From Solirubrobacterales bacterium (GTDB taxonomy: Bacteria; Actinomycetota; Thermoleophilia; Solirubrobacterales; Solirubrobacteraceae), in the NCBI GenBank assembly GCA_026392385.1, contig JAPLCG010000064.1, forward strand, positions 1-56,941: a stretch of DNA of 56,941 bases. Reading direction: 5' to 3'. Positions 30,666-38,798 of the stretch are shown here, in pieces; positions within the stretch are counted from its first letter, which is position 1; every line of letters begins with the position of its first letter. The notes under the pieces were generated by a model, which worked only from the letters and a program-made list of their open reading frames with translations, was not told the origin of the DNA and made no database searches. A program made the translations under genes and the position numbers.

Positions 30666-32306
30666 TTAGCCGAGTGTGACGGTGGCGGTTTTGGTGAGCG
30701 TGCCGCGGGCGCTTTTGGCTGTGAGGATCCACGCCCAGGTGCCTTTGGCTGCGGTTTTGCCTGCGAGCTTTCGGTTCCAGCTGTAGGTGCCGGGGCCGGC
30801 TGTTGCTTTCGGGATGGTCGTGACCGGCAGTTGCTTGATGGTCGTGACTTTTTTGGTGGTGGTCTTTTTGCCCTTCTTGACCTTGATGGTGGTCGTGACG
30901 CGTTGGGCGATCGTGATCGTGACCCTCGAGTCGTCGCTGGTCTCCCACTTGAAATCCACCTTGGCCGAGTTGGGCGTGGAAGTTGTGTTCTGGAGGATGA
31001 ACGCCGAGGGTGCGAGCGCGGTGCCGCTAAGGGGAATCGTGTGGGTGCCAAGGGTCGAGTCGTCTGTGACCGTGACTTGGGCTGAGAGGTCGCCGCGCTG
31101 CCAGACCTTCGGGCTGAACCAGACTCGCAGCGGGCAGCTTGCACCGTCAGTTACGGCCTGACCATTGGTGCAGGATTGCGAGAGGAGCTTGAACGCTGCG
31201 CCACCGCTTCCCGTGAGGGTCACCGTGCCGATCGTCAGGGCAACGCCCGGCAGGGACGGCGAGCTGGTGATGAACGATTTCAACACGGCACTGCGCTGAC
31301 CGCCGGTCACATCTCCGAAGTCCAGGCCACTCGGGTCACCGGAGTCGACCAGGGCGCCTGAAAGGCTCGGGAAAGCACCCGCGGGCACGCTCGTCTGACC
31401 GTAGCTGTTGCTGCCCCAGCAGGCGGCTATGCCGTTGGTCTTGATCGCGCACGTGTGGCCGCCCCCGGCGGTGATCTGTTTGACGGTTCCGAGGTCGGTT
31501 GGCACGCTCGTCTGACCCTCGCTGTTGCTGCCCCAGCAGGTTGCTGTGTCGTTGGTCTTGATCGCGCACGTGTGGTAGAGGCCGGCGGTGATCTGTTTGA
31601 CCGTGCCGAACTCTGGTGGCACGCTCGTTTGACCGTCGCTGTTGTAGCCCCAGCAGGTGGCAGTGTCGTTGGTCTTGATCGCGCATGTGTGATTCATACC
31701 GGCGGTGATCTGTCTGACAGTTCCGAGGTCGGTTGGCACGGTTGTCCGACCGTTGCCGTCGTAGCCCCAGCAGGCGGCTGTGTCGTTGGTCTTGATCGCG
31801 CACGTGTGATAATTGCCGGCGGTGATTTGTTTGACCGTGCCGAGGTCGGTTGGCACGCTTGCCTGCCCGTCGCCGTTCCTGCCCCAGCAGGTGGCTGTGT
31901 CGTCGGTCTTGACCGCGCACGTGTGGATGCCACCAGCGGTGATCTGTTTGACCGTTCCGAGGTCGGTTGGCACGGTTGTCTGACCGGAGTCGCTCCTGCC
32001 CCAGCAGGTGACGGTGTCGTCGGTCTTGATCGCGCATGTGTGATTGATACCGGCGGTGATCTGTTTGACCGTGCCGAACTCTGATGGCACGGTCGCCTGA
32101 CCGTAGTAGTTGTAGCCCCAGCAGGTGGCGGTGTCGTTGGTCTTGATCGCGCACGACGTGCCGAAGAGGCCGGCGGTGATTGAGGGGAAGGTGGCAGCTT
32201 CAGCAGAGGATGCGCCGACGGCGGCAGTGGTGAGTGATGCTGAGATCGCGACTGCGCCTGCGAGGGCGGCGGCTCGACGGACGGACATTCGGTAAAGGTG
32301 ACTCAT
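30666..32306 (-). CDS. Secreted RCC1-like repeat (beta-propeller) protein with C-terminal Ig-like / choice-of-anchor-D-like domains
   Basis: GGAGG Shine-Dalgarno and signal peptide (RRAAALAGAVAISASLTTAAVGASSAEA). Seven to eight 39-aa repeats with consensus TVKQITAGxxHTCAIKTNDTATCWGxxxxGQTSVPTDLG. The C-terminal FGDVTGG...SCPLRVWFSP segment and a Lys/Thr-rich Ig-like end follow. Confidence 0.85.
   Translation of the reverse strand: MSHLYRMSVRRAAALAGAVAISASLTTAAVGASSAEAATFPSITAGLFGTSCAIKTNDTATCWGYNYYGQATVPSEFGTVKQITAGINHTCAIKTDDTVTCWGRSDSGQTTVPTDLGTVKQITAGGIHTCAVKTDDTATCWGRNGDGQASVPTDLGTVKQITAGNYHTCAIKTNDTAACWGYDGNGRTTVPTDLGTVRQITAGMNHTCAIKTNDTATCWGYNSDGQTSVPPEFGTVKQITAGLYHTCAIKTNDTATCWGSNSEGQTSVPTDLGTVKQITAGGGHTCAIKTNGIAACWGSNSYGQTSVPAGAFPSLSGALVDSGDPSGLDFGDVTGGQRSAVLKSFITSSPSLPGVALTIGTVTLTGSGGAAFKLLSQSCTNGQAVTDGASCPLRVWFSPKVWQRGDLSAQVTVTDDSTLGTHTIPLSGTALAPSAFILQNTTSTPNSAKVDFKWETSDDSRVTITIAQRVTTTIKVKKGKKTTTKKVTTIKQLPVTTIPKATAGPGTYSWNRKLAGKTAAKGTWAWILTAKSARGTLTKTATVTLG
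31370..32190 (-). repeat. Tandem 117-bp coding repeats (seven full units)
   Basis: The anchor cttga(t/c)cgcgca recurs at 31440, 31557, 31674, 31791, 31908, 32025 and 32142, exactly 117 bp apart. Units are roughly 80-85 % identical by eye. Confidence 0.92.
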
Positions 32307-32550
32307 TGGAACGGTTCCTCCGTGGTTTGGTTGTTCGTCTTCCTGAGCGATCCGGTGGCTGGAACACCCACAACAGAGCAGGGTAGAAACTACGTGCTAC
32401 CAAGTCAAGGCCACGGCGTTGGCACGCACTACCCCGGAGCGCTCGATCCGGACCGGAAGTCCCCCATCATCAACGTCGAGTCCCTTGTAGTTCACATAGC
32501 GGTATGCGAGCCGGTACGAGCCCTCGCGAATCGCCCTCAAGCTGGTGTGG

Positions 32551-32976
32551 TCAGTCCTCTGTTTGCCGCCGCGATCGTTTCGTGGCTCCACGGCGCTTCT
32601 TGGCGCTGATTCGCTTCTCAACCGATGAGCGGCTTGGGCGTGTCTTACGGCGCTTCGCCGGTGGCGGTGCGAAGGCGGCCGCAAGCACCTCGGTGAGTTT
32701 CTGCTCGGCTGACTGGCGGTTTTGGAGCTGCGAGCGCTGCTCTGAGGCTGAGACAGTCAGCCTTCCATCAACTAGTCGCGATCCGAGCCGTTCAATCGCG
32801 CGCTCCTTTAGATAGGGAGCAATTGCCTGCGAGCCGATCAGGTCGAAGCTCAGCTCAACGCGTGAATCGGTTGTGTTAACACCCTGTCCGCCTGGCCCGG
32901 ACGAGCGCGAAAAACGCCATGCAAGTTCACTGCGTGGAATTGACACGCGATTATCGATTATTAGATCGTCAGCCAT
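32551..32976 (-). CDS. arfB: Alternative ribosome-rescue factor ArfB (peptidyl-tRNA hydrolase, GGQ type)
   Basis: 141 aa from MADDLIIDNRVSIP. SSGPGGQGVNTTDSRVEL GGQ motif and a basic C-terminal tail. The track ORF's extra 74 N-terminal aa are Arg/Ser junk. Confidence 0.9.
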   Translation of the reverse strand: MADDLIIDNRVSIPRSELAWRFSRSSGPGGQGVNTTDSRVELSFDLIGSQAIAPYLKERAIERLGSRLVDGRLTVSASEQRSQLQNRQSAEQKLTEVLAAAFAPPPAKRRKTRPSRSSVEKRISAKKRRGATKRSRRQTED

Positions 32977-33056
32977 CGCCAAGCCTTCCCTTGTTACCAG
33001 CGTATCGCTGGACCGATGTCCACCAGCTGCCCTGATGCCTGTCAAGCTTCGCCGCA

Positions 33057-34457
33057 GTGCCGAGCGAACTACAGCGAAGCGACGTTGAGCCGAATGGGCC
33101 TTCAGCCCGCAATCTTCTGCTGCTGATCGCTGCGGCACTTGGTATCGCTGCGATCTCGGCGGTAGCAATGCCCGGTCTCGGCTACGACGCCTGGACATGG
33201 ATGATTTGGGCGCGCGAGATAGGCCACCTAAGTCTCAACACGACAACTGGCTCGACGATCAAGCCGCTGCCAATGCTGGTGATGGCGCCGTTCGCATCAT
33301 TTGGCGACCTCGCGCCGTTTGTTTGGCTGACACTCGCCCGCGCGGCTTTCCTCTTGATGCCTTTCGCAGGCTGGAGGCTCGGTTCGCTGCTCGGTGGCCG
33401 CTACTGCGCGCTGCTCTCGGCAGTTTCCACCCTGATGATTCCGCTTGCGGCCGATTCGGCCGTAAACGGTTACACGGAGCCGTTGATCATCCTGCTGACG
33501 CTGACTGCGGCAGCTGAGCTAATCCTCAAGCGAACGCAGCGCGCAATGCTTGTAATGGTCCTAATCGGGCTGATCAGGCCGGAGGTATGGCCGTTTGTAC
33601 TCGTAATAGCCATTTGGGCAGTCAGGGGAAAGAAGCTTTCAGCCTGGCGGGCCGTGCTGATTACGCTCGCGGCGCCAGCGATCTGGATGACCCTTGGTTG
33701 GGTTGGGTCGGGGCGGCCTCTCGGTGGAAGCGAACTTGGTCAGATCGTACTCGGTGGCGATGATGTTCTGCGGCAAGCGCTGACCGGTGTTGTCCCGATC
33801 ATCGGCATTGGCGTGATCCTTGCTGCGGTGCTCGCGGTAAGGCAGCGGAACCGCGTCGTTCTGCTGCTGGGCGGAACGGCGCTGGCATGGGTCCTGCTTG
33901 TCACGGTGATGACGCTGCTCTCGCTCTCTTCAGGCAACAGCCGCTATCTGGCACCAGCTGAAGCGCTCGCCGGAGTGCTTGGGGCTTGGGGGCTGACCGA
34001 GAGCATTGGGTTGCTGACTAGCGTCACTGCCAAGCGCCTAGCAGCGGGAATCGTGGTTTTCGGCCTCGCATTTTCGGCCATGTTCGGGCTTGTGTCGCTG
34101 TCACGGTCTGTTGATCGCTTCACGACCTATTCCAAGGCTGCTGATCAGATGAAGGGAGCTATCGCGCTTGCCGGAGGGCGAGACCAAGTGCTGGCGGTTG
34201 GCAAGCCGGTCGTCATGAACTGGTCGCGCGTAAGTGCACTCGCGTGGCAGTTGGATGTTCCGATCACAGGGGTCCGCACAATCTGGCGCGTCGACTGGTT
34301 CACAAGCACCAAGCTGCCCACGATCCTGATTGCTGCACCGGTCGCAAAGGCCGGCCCCCGCTCGGCAATCCCAAGGCAGTTTCGAACGACCCTGATCGGC
34401 AAGTATGGGCCGTGGCAGGTGATGCGCGCCGAGCGCGCAGTCGCTAACAATCGCTGA
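33057..34457 (+). CDS. Polytopic membrane protein, possibly a GT-C-type glycosyltransferase
   Basis: 466 aa with at least 10 hydrophobic helices, followed by a soluble C-terminal approximately 100 aa. GTG start. The family assignment is inference from topology only. Confidence 0.5.
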   Translation: MPSELQRSDVEPNGPSARNLLLLIAAALGIAAISAVAMPGLGYDAWTWMIWAREIGHLSLNTTTGSTIKPLPMLVMAPFASFGDLAPFVWLTLARAAFLLMPFAGWRLGSLLGGRYCALLSAVSTLMIPLAADSAVNGYTEPLIILLTLTAAAELILKRTQRAMLVMVLIGLIRPEVWPFVLVIAIWAVRGKKLSAWRAVLITLAAPAIWMTLGWVGSGRPLGGSELGQIVLGGDDVLRQALTGVVPIIGIGVILAAVLAVRQRNRVVLLLGGTALAWVLLVTVMTLLSLSSGNSRYLAPAEALAGVLGAWGLTESIGLLTSVTAKRLAAGIVVFGLAFSAMFGLVSLSRSVDRFTTYSKAADQMKGAIALAGGRDQVLAVGKPVVMNWSRVSALAWQLDVPITGVRTIWRVDWFTSTKLPTILIAAPVAKAGPRSAIPRQFRTTLIGKYGPWQVMRAERAVANNR

Positions 34458-34598
34458 GAAGCGTCGGTTGCTGATTTTGGATCAGCCACTTCACGGCCGC
34501 TGAGGCGTAATCTGGTGGCTGTGTCGGGATTCAAGAACCGAATCGAGAAGAACCTCGCTCCAAGTCTGATCATCAGGCTCTCTGAGGTTGATGCGCCG

Positions 34599-35201
34599 AT
34601 GCGCCTTGCCGCCAGAGCAAAGCGAGCGCGGGGACAGCGCGGATCGGTTGAGCTGTTCTTCGCCTTTGATGACGCATCAAGCGCTTACGCGCTGATCACA
34701 CTCGCCGAATTGGTCAACCAGCGTGATGTTGACCTAATAGCTCGACCAGTTGTCAATCGGGGGATTCCTGATGATCCGGCAGTTGACCGCAAACGCAGCT
34801 ACGCGATTGATGATGCCGTGCGACTGTTTGCGCGCGGTGGAACGGAACTTGTGCGGCGAACGCCGATTGATCCTGAGGCGACGGCGTGGCTGGCCCAGTG
34901 GGTGGCGGACGCGCCTCAGTCAGCCGCGTTGACTGACTTCACAGTCGAGGCCGTTCGTCTGCTCTGGCTGACCGACGGTCAGCAACCGGATCGCGAGCGA
35001 TTTGAGCGGCTCTGGAGAGAGAAGCTCGGTGGCTCACCGCCAGCTGCTGGCGACGGCTTGGCTTCCAACGAGCAGCGGATGGCAAGGTTGCGAATGTACG
35101 AGACACCTGCGGCCTGGGTGACTGGGCGTTGGTTCTTTGCTCATGAACGTGTCGCACAGATTGGTGAATGGCTTGACCGGCTCGGTTGGGAGGAGCGCTG
35201 A
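34599..35201 (+). CDS. DsbA-like thioredoxin-fold protein (degenerate HCCA-isomerase paralogue)
   Basis: VELFFAFDDASSAYAL aligns with the FFFSFRSPYSYLA N-terminus of the next gene but lacks the S-P-Y-S signature. ATG at 34599 chosen; the track ORF starts at GTG 34515. Confidence 0.6.
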   Translation: MRLAARAKRARGQRGSVELFFAFDDASSAYALITLAELVNQRDVDLIARPVVNRGIPDDPAVDRKRSYAIDDAVRLFARGGTELVRRTPIDPEATAWLAQWVADAPQSAALTDFTVEAVRLLWLTDGQQPDRERFERLWREKLGGSPPAAGDGLASNEQRMARLRMYETPAAWVTGRWFFAHERVAQIGEWLDRLGWEER

Positions 35202-35746
35202 TGAGCAGCGAGACGATTGAGTTCTTCTTCTCCTTCCGCAGCCCCTATTCGTACTTGGCTGCACCTCGCGCATTTCAGTTGCCTGAGAATTACGAAGTTG
35301 ATATCCGCTTCCGAGGGGTTATGCCAATGGCGATGCGTGGCCAGTCGGTCCCAAGTCAGAAGCGGATCCACACGATGTTTGACACAAAGCGAGAGGCGAA
35401 CCGGCTGGGGATGCCGTTCGGTCCAGTCTTTGATCCAATCGGTGATGGGGCCGTCCGCTGTTTGCGGGTCAGCGAACTCGCTGTTGATCAGCAGCTTGAA
35501 AAGCAGTTTGTTCTGGCAGTTAGTCGAGCTATCTGGGCCGAGGGTGTTGATGTGTCAACCGACGAGGGGCTGCGGCCGATCTGTATTGCCGCCGGACTTG
35601 ATTGGCATGCTTGCCAGCAGGCGATTAGTGATCCACTGATTGAGGCTCGAGTGCCGGTCTTTCGCTTTCGCGAGCAGCTTCTCTGGGGGCAGGACCGAAT
35701 TGAAGATCTTGAGCGGCTGCTTGATGCCGCCGGACTTCGCCGCTAG
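35201..35746 (+). CDS. 2-hydroxychromene-2-carboxylate isomerase / DsbA-family (kappa-GST-like) protein
   Basis: IEFFFSFRSPYSYLA N-terminal signature and LLWGQDRIEDLERLL near the C-terminus. The ATG overlaps the upstream stop (TGATG). Confidence 0.8.
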   Translation: MSSETIEFFFSFRSPYSYLAAPRAFQLPENYEVDIRFRGVMPMAMRGQSVPSQKRIHTMFDTKREANRLGMPFGPVFDPIGDGAVRCLRVSELAVDQQLEKQFVLAVSRAIWAEGVDVSTDEGLRPICIAAGLDWHACQQAISDPLIEARVPVFRFREQLLWGQDRIEDLERLLDAAGLRR

Positions 35747-35901
35747 CTGTCTTCGCTATCGATCGGTTTGGCGTTTGGGCCAGCGTCTGGGCCGTCCTTC
35801 GGAGCGCGTCGCAGGAAGAAGATCAATAGTCCTACGAGCACGATCCAACCGAGCACCATTACGAGCCCGAAGATGATGTTCAGTGCGTGGTCAACCGCCA
35901 T
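35743..35901 (-). CDS. Possible 52-aa single-pass membrane protein
   Basis: Hand translation gives MAVDHALNIIFGLVMVLGWIVLVGLLIFFLRRAPKDGPDAGPNAKPIDSEDS. The Shine-Dalgarno is weak. Its stop overlaps the stop of the convergent isomerase gene. Confidence 0.3.
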   Translation of the reverse strand: MAVDHALNIIFGLVMVLGWIVLVGLLIFFLRRAPKDGPDAGPNAKPIDSEDS

Positions 35902-35950
35902 TCTCTGGCTGAGTGTAGGTAGATACAGCCACCGGCACCGCTGGCTCCGC

Positions 35951-35981
35951 CCGTTTGCTGCCTTCGATTGGCAACAAACGG
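35951..35981 (-). terminator. Strong hairpin downstream of the DUF4234 gene
   Basis: 12-bp stem CCGTTTGCTGCC / GGCAACAAACGG (one G-U pair) with a 7-nt loop. No U-tract. Confidence 0.4.
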
Positions 35982-36006
35982 TGGAGCTTCAAGTGGCCGT
36001 AGCTGC

Positions 36007-36513
36007 CTACGCTTGGTCTGCTGGCGGTGCTTGTGGTGCTGGCGGTGCTGGGGTAGTTGCCGCTTGAACCTCGGGCAAGGAAGCAGCTGCTGTACCAGCC
36101 TCAATGGAGGCTGAATCCTTCTCCCAGACCTTGTTGAGGTTCATCTGCATGATGTAGATCGCAATTGGTGAGATGAACAGCCAGAGGAGGAGTCCCAAGC
36201 CGGCGTCAAACTGTGCGCCGGCTCCAGAAATTCGGTTCGCCGCATTGACGCGCTTAAAGGTGCGGAAGAGAGTCAGGAACCAGGGGACAATGATGAACGC
36301 GCCAACCGTAAATGCAAGCAACGAATTGAACGGTTTTTCACCACACTCGTCGGTGCCCTTTGCGCGACCGTAGTCACGCATTTCACGGTTGATGAAGTAG
36401 TACCAAAAGATGCCGTAGATACCCAATGTGACGATCGTCAGTGCAACGACGGCAAGTGGATTACGGATCTTGGCGGTGCTAGTGGTACCTGGAATTCCTA
36501 CCTTGGTAGCGAT
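36007..36513 (-). CDS. DUF4234-like membrane protein; start probably non-canonical
   Basis: GIYGIFWYYFINREM is the DUF4234 signature. The frame is open upstream to a TAG at 36520-36522 and encodes IATKVGIPGTTSTAKIRNPLAVVALTIVTL, the first TM helix. That stretch contains no ATG, GTG or TTG. An AGGAGA sits 5 nt before the ATC at 36513. The minimal call from the TTG is 36007-36426. Confidence 0.65.
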   Translation of the reverse strand: MATKVGIPGTTSTAKIRNPLAVVALTIVTLGIYGIFWYYFINREMRDYGRAKGTDECGEKPFNSLLAFTVGAFIIVPWFLTLFRTFKRVNAANRISGAGAQFDAGLGLLLWLFISPIAIYIMQMNLNKVWEKDSASIEAGTAAASLPEVQAATTPAPPAPQAPPADQA

Positions 36514-36575
36514 TGCGCTCTCCTAATCAGTTTTTGACTTAACGTGACCGGTCAAGATACTGAAATCTCAGGGGT

Positions 36576-38015
36576 TTATGCCCGAAGGTGGCCGAGCGTT
36601 ACGACTATTTGTGCTCCGCCGAGCGGGCTTTCACCGACCGTGACGCTGCCAGCGTGGAGCTCCGCCTGCTGCGCGACGAGCGCAAGGCCAAGACCTGATC
36701 CTCCCGATGGGGCATCTGCGCCGCGCGCAAATCGTTCGACGACGCGAGTGCGATCACCTTCAGGGATTCCCGGGCCATCGTCATCACATGTGATCTGAAC
36801 GATGCCGTCGGACAGCGCTTCAACCTTTAGGACGGCCTTACCGTTCTCACGCCCGTGGCAGTAGGCGTTCTCAAGCAGGTTCTCGCAGATCCGCCGCAGT
36901 CCTTCAGGGTGGCCCAGATAGGGGACGCCGTCCTCCGGTGCTTGAACTTCAAACTGATAACCGCGGTGCGCTGCGTGGACTGAGTGAACTGCAGCATCAG
37001 CAATGTCAGCAAGGTCGGTTGCTTCAAGCGGCAGGTCAGCTGAAGCTTCGCCGCGCGCAAGTGCCTGGAGTGAATCGAGCAGTCGCACCATCCGCGAGTA
37101 TTCGGAGTGAGCGCGTCCGCGAATTTCCGCGAGTTCAGCTGCCTCAAGCCGCTCTGAGTGCTCAAGCAATTCCAGATTTGTTCCGAGGGCAGCGAGCGGC
37201 GTCCGCAGTTCATGGCCTGCCTCGGCGGCAAAACGTCGCGCAGCGTCACGCGCTTCGGCGGTCTCCTCGTGTGAGGTTTCGATCCTGGTGAGCATTGCGT
37301 TGCGGCTTGCTGCGAGTGCGCGCAACTCCTCGGGGCTCTTCGTCTCCGGGATGCGTCTGTCAAGTGCTTCGGTTCCAGTTACCTGGTCAGCCGCAAGCCG
37401 CAGGCGCCGCACAGAACGTGTGGCAAGGCTCGCGAGTAAGAACCCGATTGCTGCAGCTGCCACTAGACCGACTGCGCCAATCAGCAATGCTCGATCACGC
37501 AGGTCGTTAGCCCGTGCCGTTGACTTTGCGAGTGAGGTTGCCGCCACGATCCGGCCACCGCTGAAGCGGCTGACGAGCACCCGCCAGCTATTGCCATCGT
37601 CACCAACCGTTTGCAATCCCGGCGTTGAAGCCTCAACTACCTCGGCAGGTGCGTTACCGGAGCTGAGAACAACTTTGTTGCCAACGGTGACGACCGTCGC
37701 CTGCGGATCGCCGCCCTCAGGCCCCTCGTCTTGAGGCGGGGCTGACAACTGGTTCTCCGCTTCGTTGGATTCGCCGGGGGCGCTTTCCCCCGATTCGTCA
37801 CCGCTTGAGCTTGCTGAGCTGTCGGCGCTTGTAGGCAGCAGCGGCGTATTGAGTTGACCTGCGATCAGGGCAGTACGTCGCTCGAGCCCCTGATCGATCC
37901 GATTTTGGGCTGCCGACTGGACATCGCTGATCAGATAGCCACCGACTGCCAGCAGCGTGATAGCGGTCGCAGCAAAGGATGAGAGGGCAATCCGCGCCCG
38001 AAGACTTCTAAACAC
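36576..38015 (-). CDS. Sensor histidine kinase (HAMP-HisKA-HATPase)
   Basis: Two TM helices flank a Ser/Glu-rich extracytoplasmic loop. H-box EAGHELRTPLAAL, N-box ENLLENAYCHG and G-box DDGPGIP...GSGLGLA. Confidence 0.92.
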   Translation of the reverse strand: MFRSLRARIALSSFAATAITLLAVGGYLISDVQSAAQNRIDQGLERRTALIAGQLNTPLLPTSADSSASSSGDESGESAPGESNEAENQLSAPPQDEGPEGGDPQATVVTVGNKVVLSSGNAPAEVVEASTPGLQTVGDDGNSWRVLVSRFSGGRIVAATSLAKSTARANDLRDRALLIGAVGLVAAAAIGFLLASLATRSVRRLRLAADQVTGTEALDRRIPETKSPEELRALAASRNAMLTRIETSHEETAEARDAARRFAAEAGHELRTPLAALGTNLELLEHSERLEAAELAEIRGRAHSEYSRMVRLLDSLQALARGEASADLPLEATDLADIADAAVHSVHAAHRGYQFEVQAPEDGVPYLGHPEGLRRICENLLENAYCHGRENGKAVLKVEALSDGIVQITCDDDGPGIPEGDRTRVVERFARGADAPSGGSGLGLALVAQQAELHAGSVTVGESPLGGAQIVVTLGHLRA

Positions 38016-38026
38016 TCGGTCGCCCC

Positions 38027-38713
38027 TTAGATCCTCAGGGCGAAGCCCTGTCCGCGCACAGTGTGGATCAGTCGCGGCACGCCACCAGCCTCAAGCTTGC
38101 GGCGCAGGTAGCCGACAAACACATCAACGACATTCGTCCGCACGTCGAATGAGTAACCCCAGACCTGATCGAGCAGTTGCTCGCGGGACAGAACAATCCC
38201 AGGGTGAGCAGCGAGTACCTCGAGCAGGTCGAATTCGCGGGAGGTCAATTCGATCTCCCGCCCTGCGACCCACGCCATCCGACGGGCCGGATCAATCCGA
38301 AGTGGTCCTACCTCACGGACAACCTTTGAAGCGTGCTCCGGGCGTCTGCGCAGCAGCGCGCGAACTCTTGCCAGTAACTCTTCCAACGCAAATGGCTTAG
38401 TCAGATAGTCGTCAGCGCCAGCGTCCAGTCCGGCAACCCGGTCATCGACGCCGTCTCGGGCGGAGAGGATCAGAATCGGCACATCTTCGCCGCGGCCCCG
38501 CATCTGTCGGGTTACCTCAACTCCGTCGATCCCCGGCATCGTTACATCCATCACGATCATCGCCGGTGGGTCTGACTCGGCCGCTGCGAGCGCGCGGGCG
38601 CCATCGGGGACGCTGCGCACGGTGAGCCCCTCCAAGCGCAGTGCGCTCTCCAGTGCACGGCGGATACCTTCGTCGTCGTCAACGACAAGCACGAGTGGTT
38701 TGTCTGTGTCCAT
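38027..38713 (-). CDS. OmpR-family response regulator
   Basis: [16 protein letters not shown] receiver domain with the phospho-Asp in [12 protein letters not shown]. Winged-helix [13 protein letters not shown]...[11 protein letters not shown] at 38713 chosen. Confidence 0.92.
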   Translation of the reverse strand: MDTDKPLVLVVDDDEGIRRALESALRLEGLTVRSVPDGARALAAAESDPPAMIVMDVTMPGIDGVEVTRQMRGRGEDVPILILSARDGVDDRVAGLDAGADDYLTKPFALEELLARVRALLRRRPEHASKVVREVGPLRIDPARRMAWVAGREIELTSREFDLLEVLAAHPGIVLSREQLLDQVWGYSFDVRTNVVDVFVGYLRRKLEAGGVPRLIHTVRGQGFALRI

Positions 38714-38798
38714 TTGCTTGATTGTCGCGATCTTCTCTGAGAGCAGCCTAAGGGCATCAGACGCTCGTTCGGGGTGGGATCCCTGATCCGCTAGCGTC

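Noticed and set aside
30494-31144. A 216-aa minus-strand ORF running through the tRNA-Pro gene.
   Set aside because: It overlaps a well-folded tRNA and the 3' part of the RCC1-repeat gene in another frame. Its translation is Pro/Arg/Ser junk.
31336-32154. Long alternative-frame ORFs within the RCC1 repeat array: a 272-aa minus-strand ORF and a 209-aa plus-strand ORF at 31455-32084.
   Set aside because: Open frames persist only because the 117-bp unit lacks stops in those frames. The translations are Arg/His/Gln or Gly/Asp repeats with no start signals. The annotated frame has a Shine-Dalgarno, a signal peptide and a recognisable fold motif.
31370-32190. The regular 117-bp repeats as a CRISPR array, or as a diversity-generating-retroelement target.
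   Set aside because: - The repeats are contiguous with no spacers, in frame and protein-coding.
- No cas genes or reverse transcriptase are present in the window.
- Differences between units are not confined to one base type, as DGR adenine mutagenesis would give.
30539-33056. A genomic island integrated at tRNA-Pro.
   Set aside because: There is no integrase, excisionase or transposase. I found no direct repeat of the tRNA 3' end downstream. GC content and codon usage look like the rest of the window. Only the repeat gene itself looks accessory.
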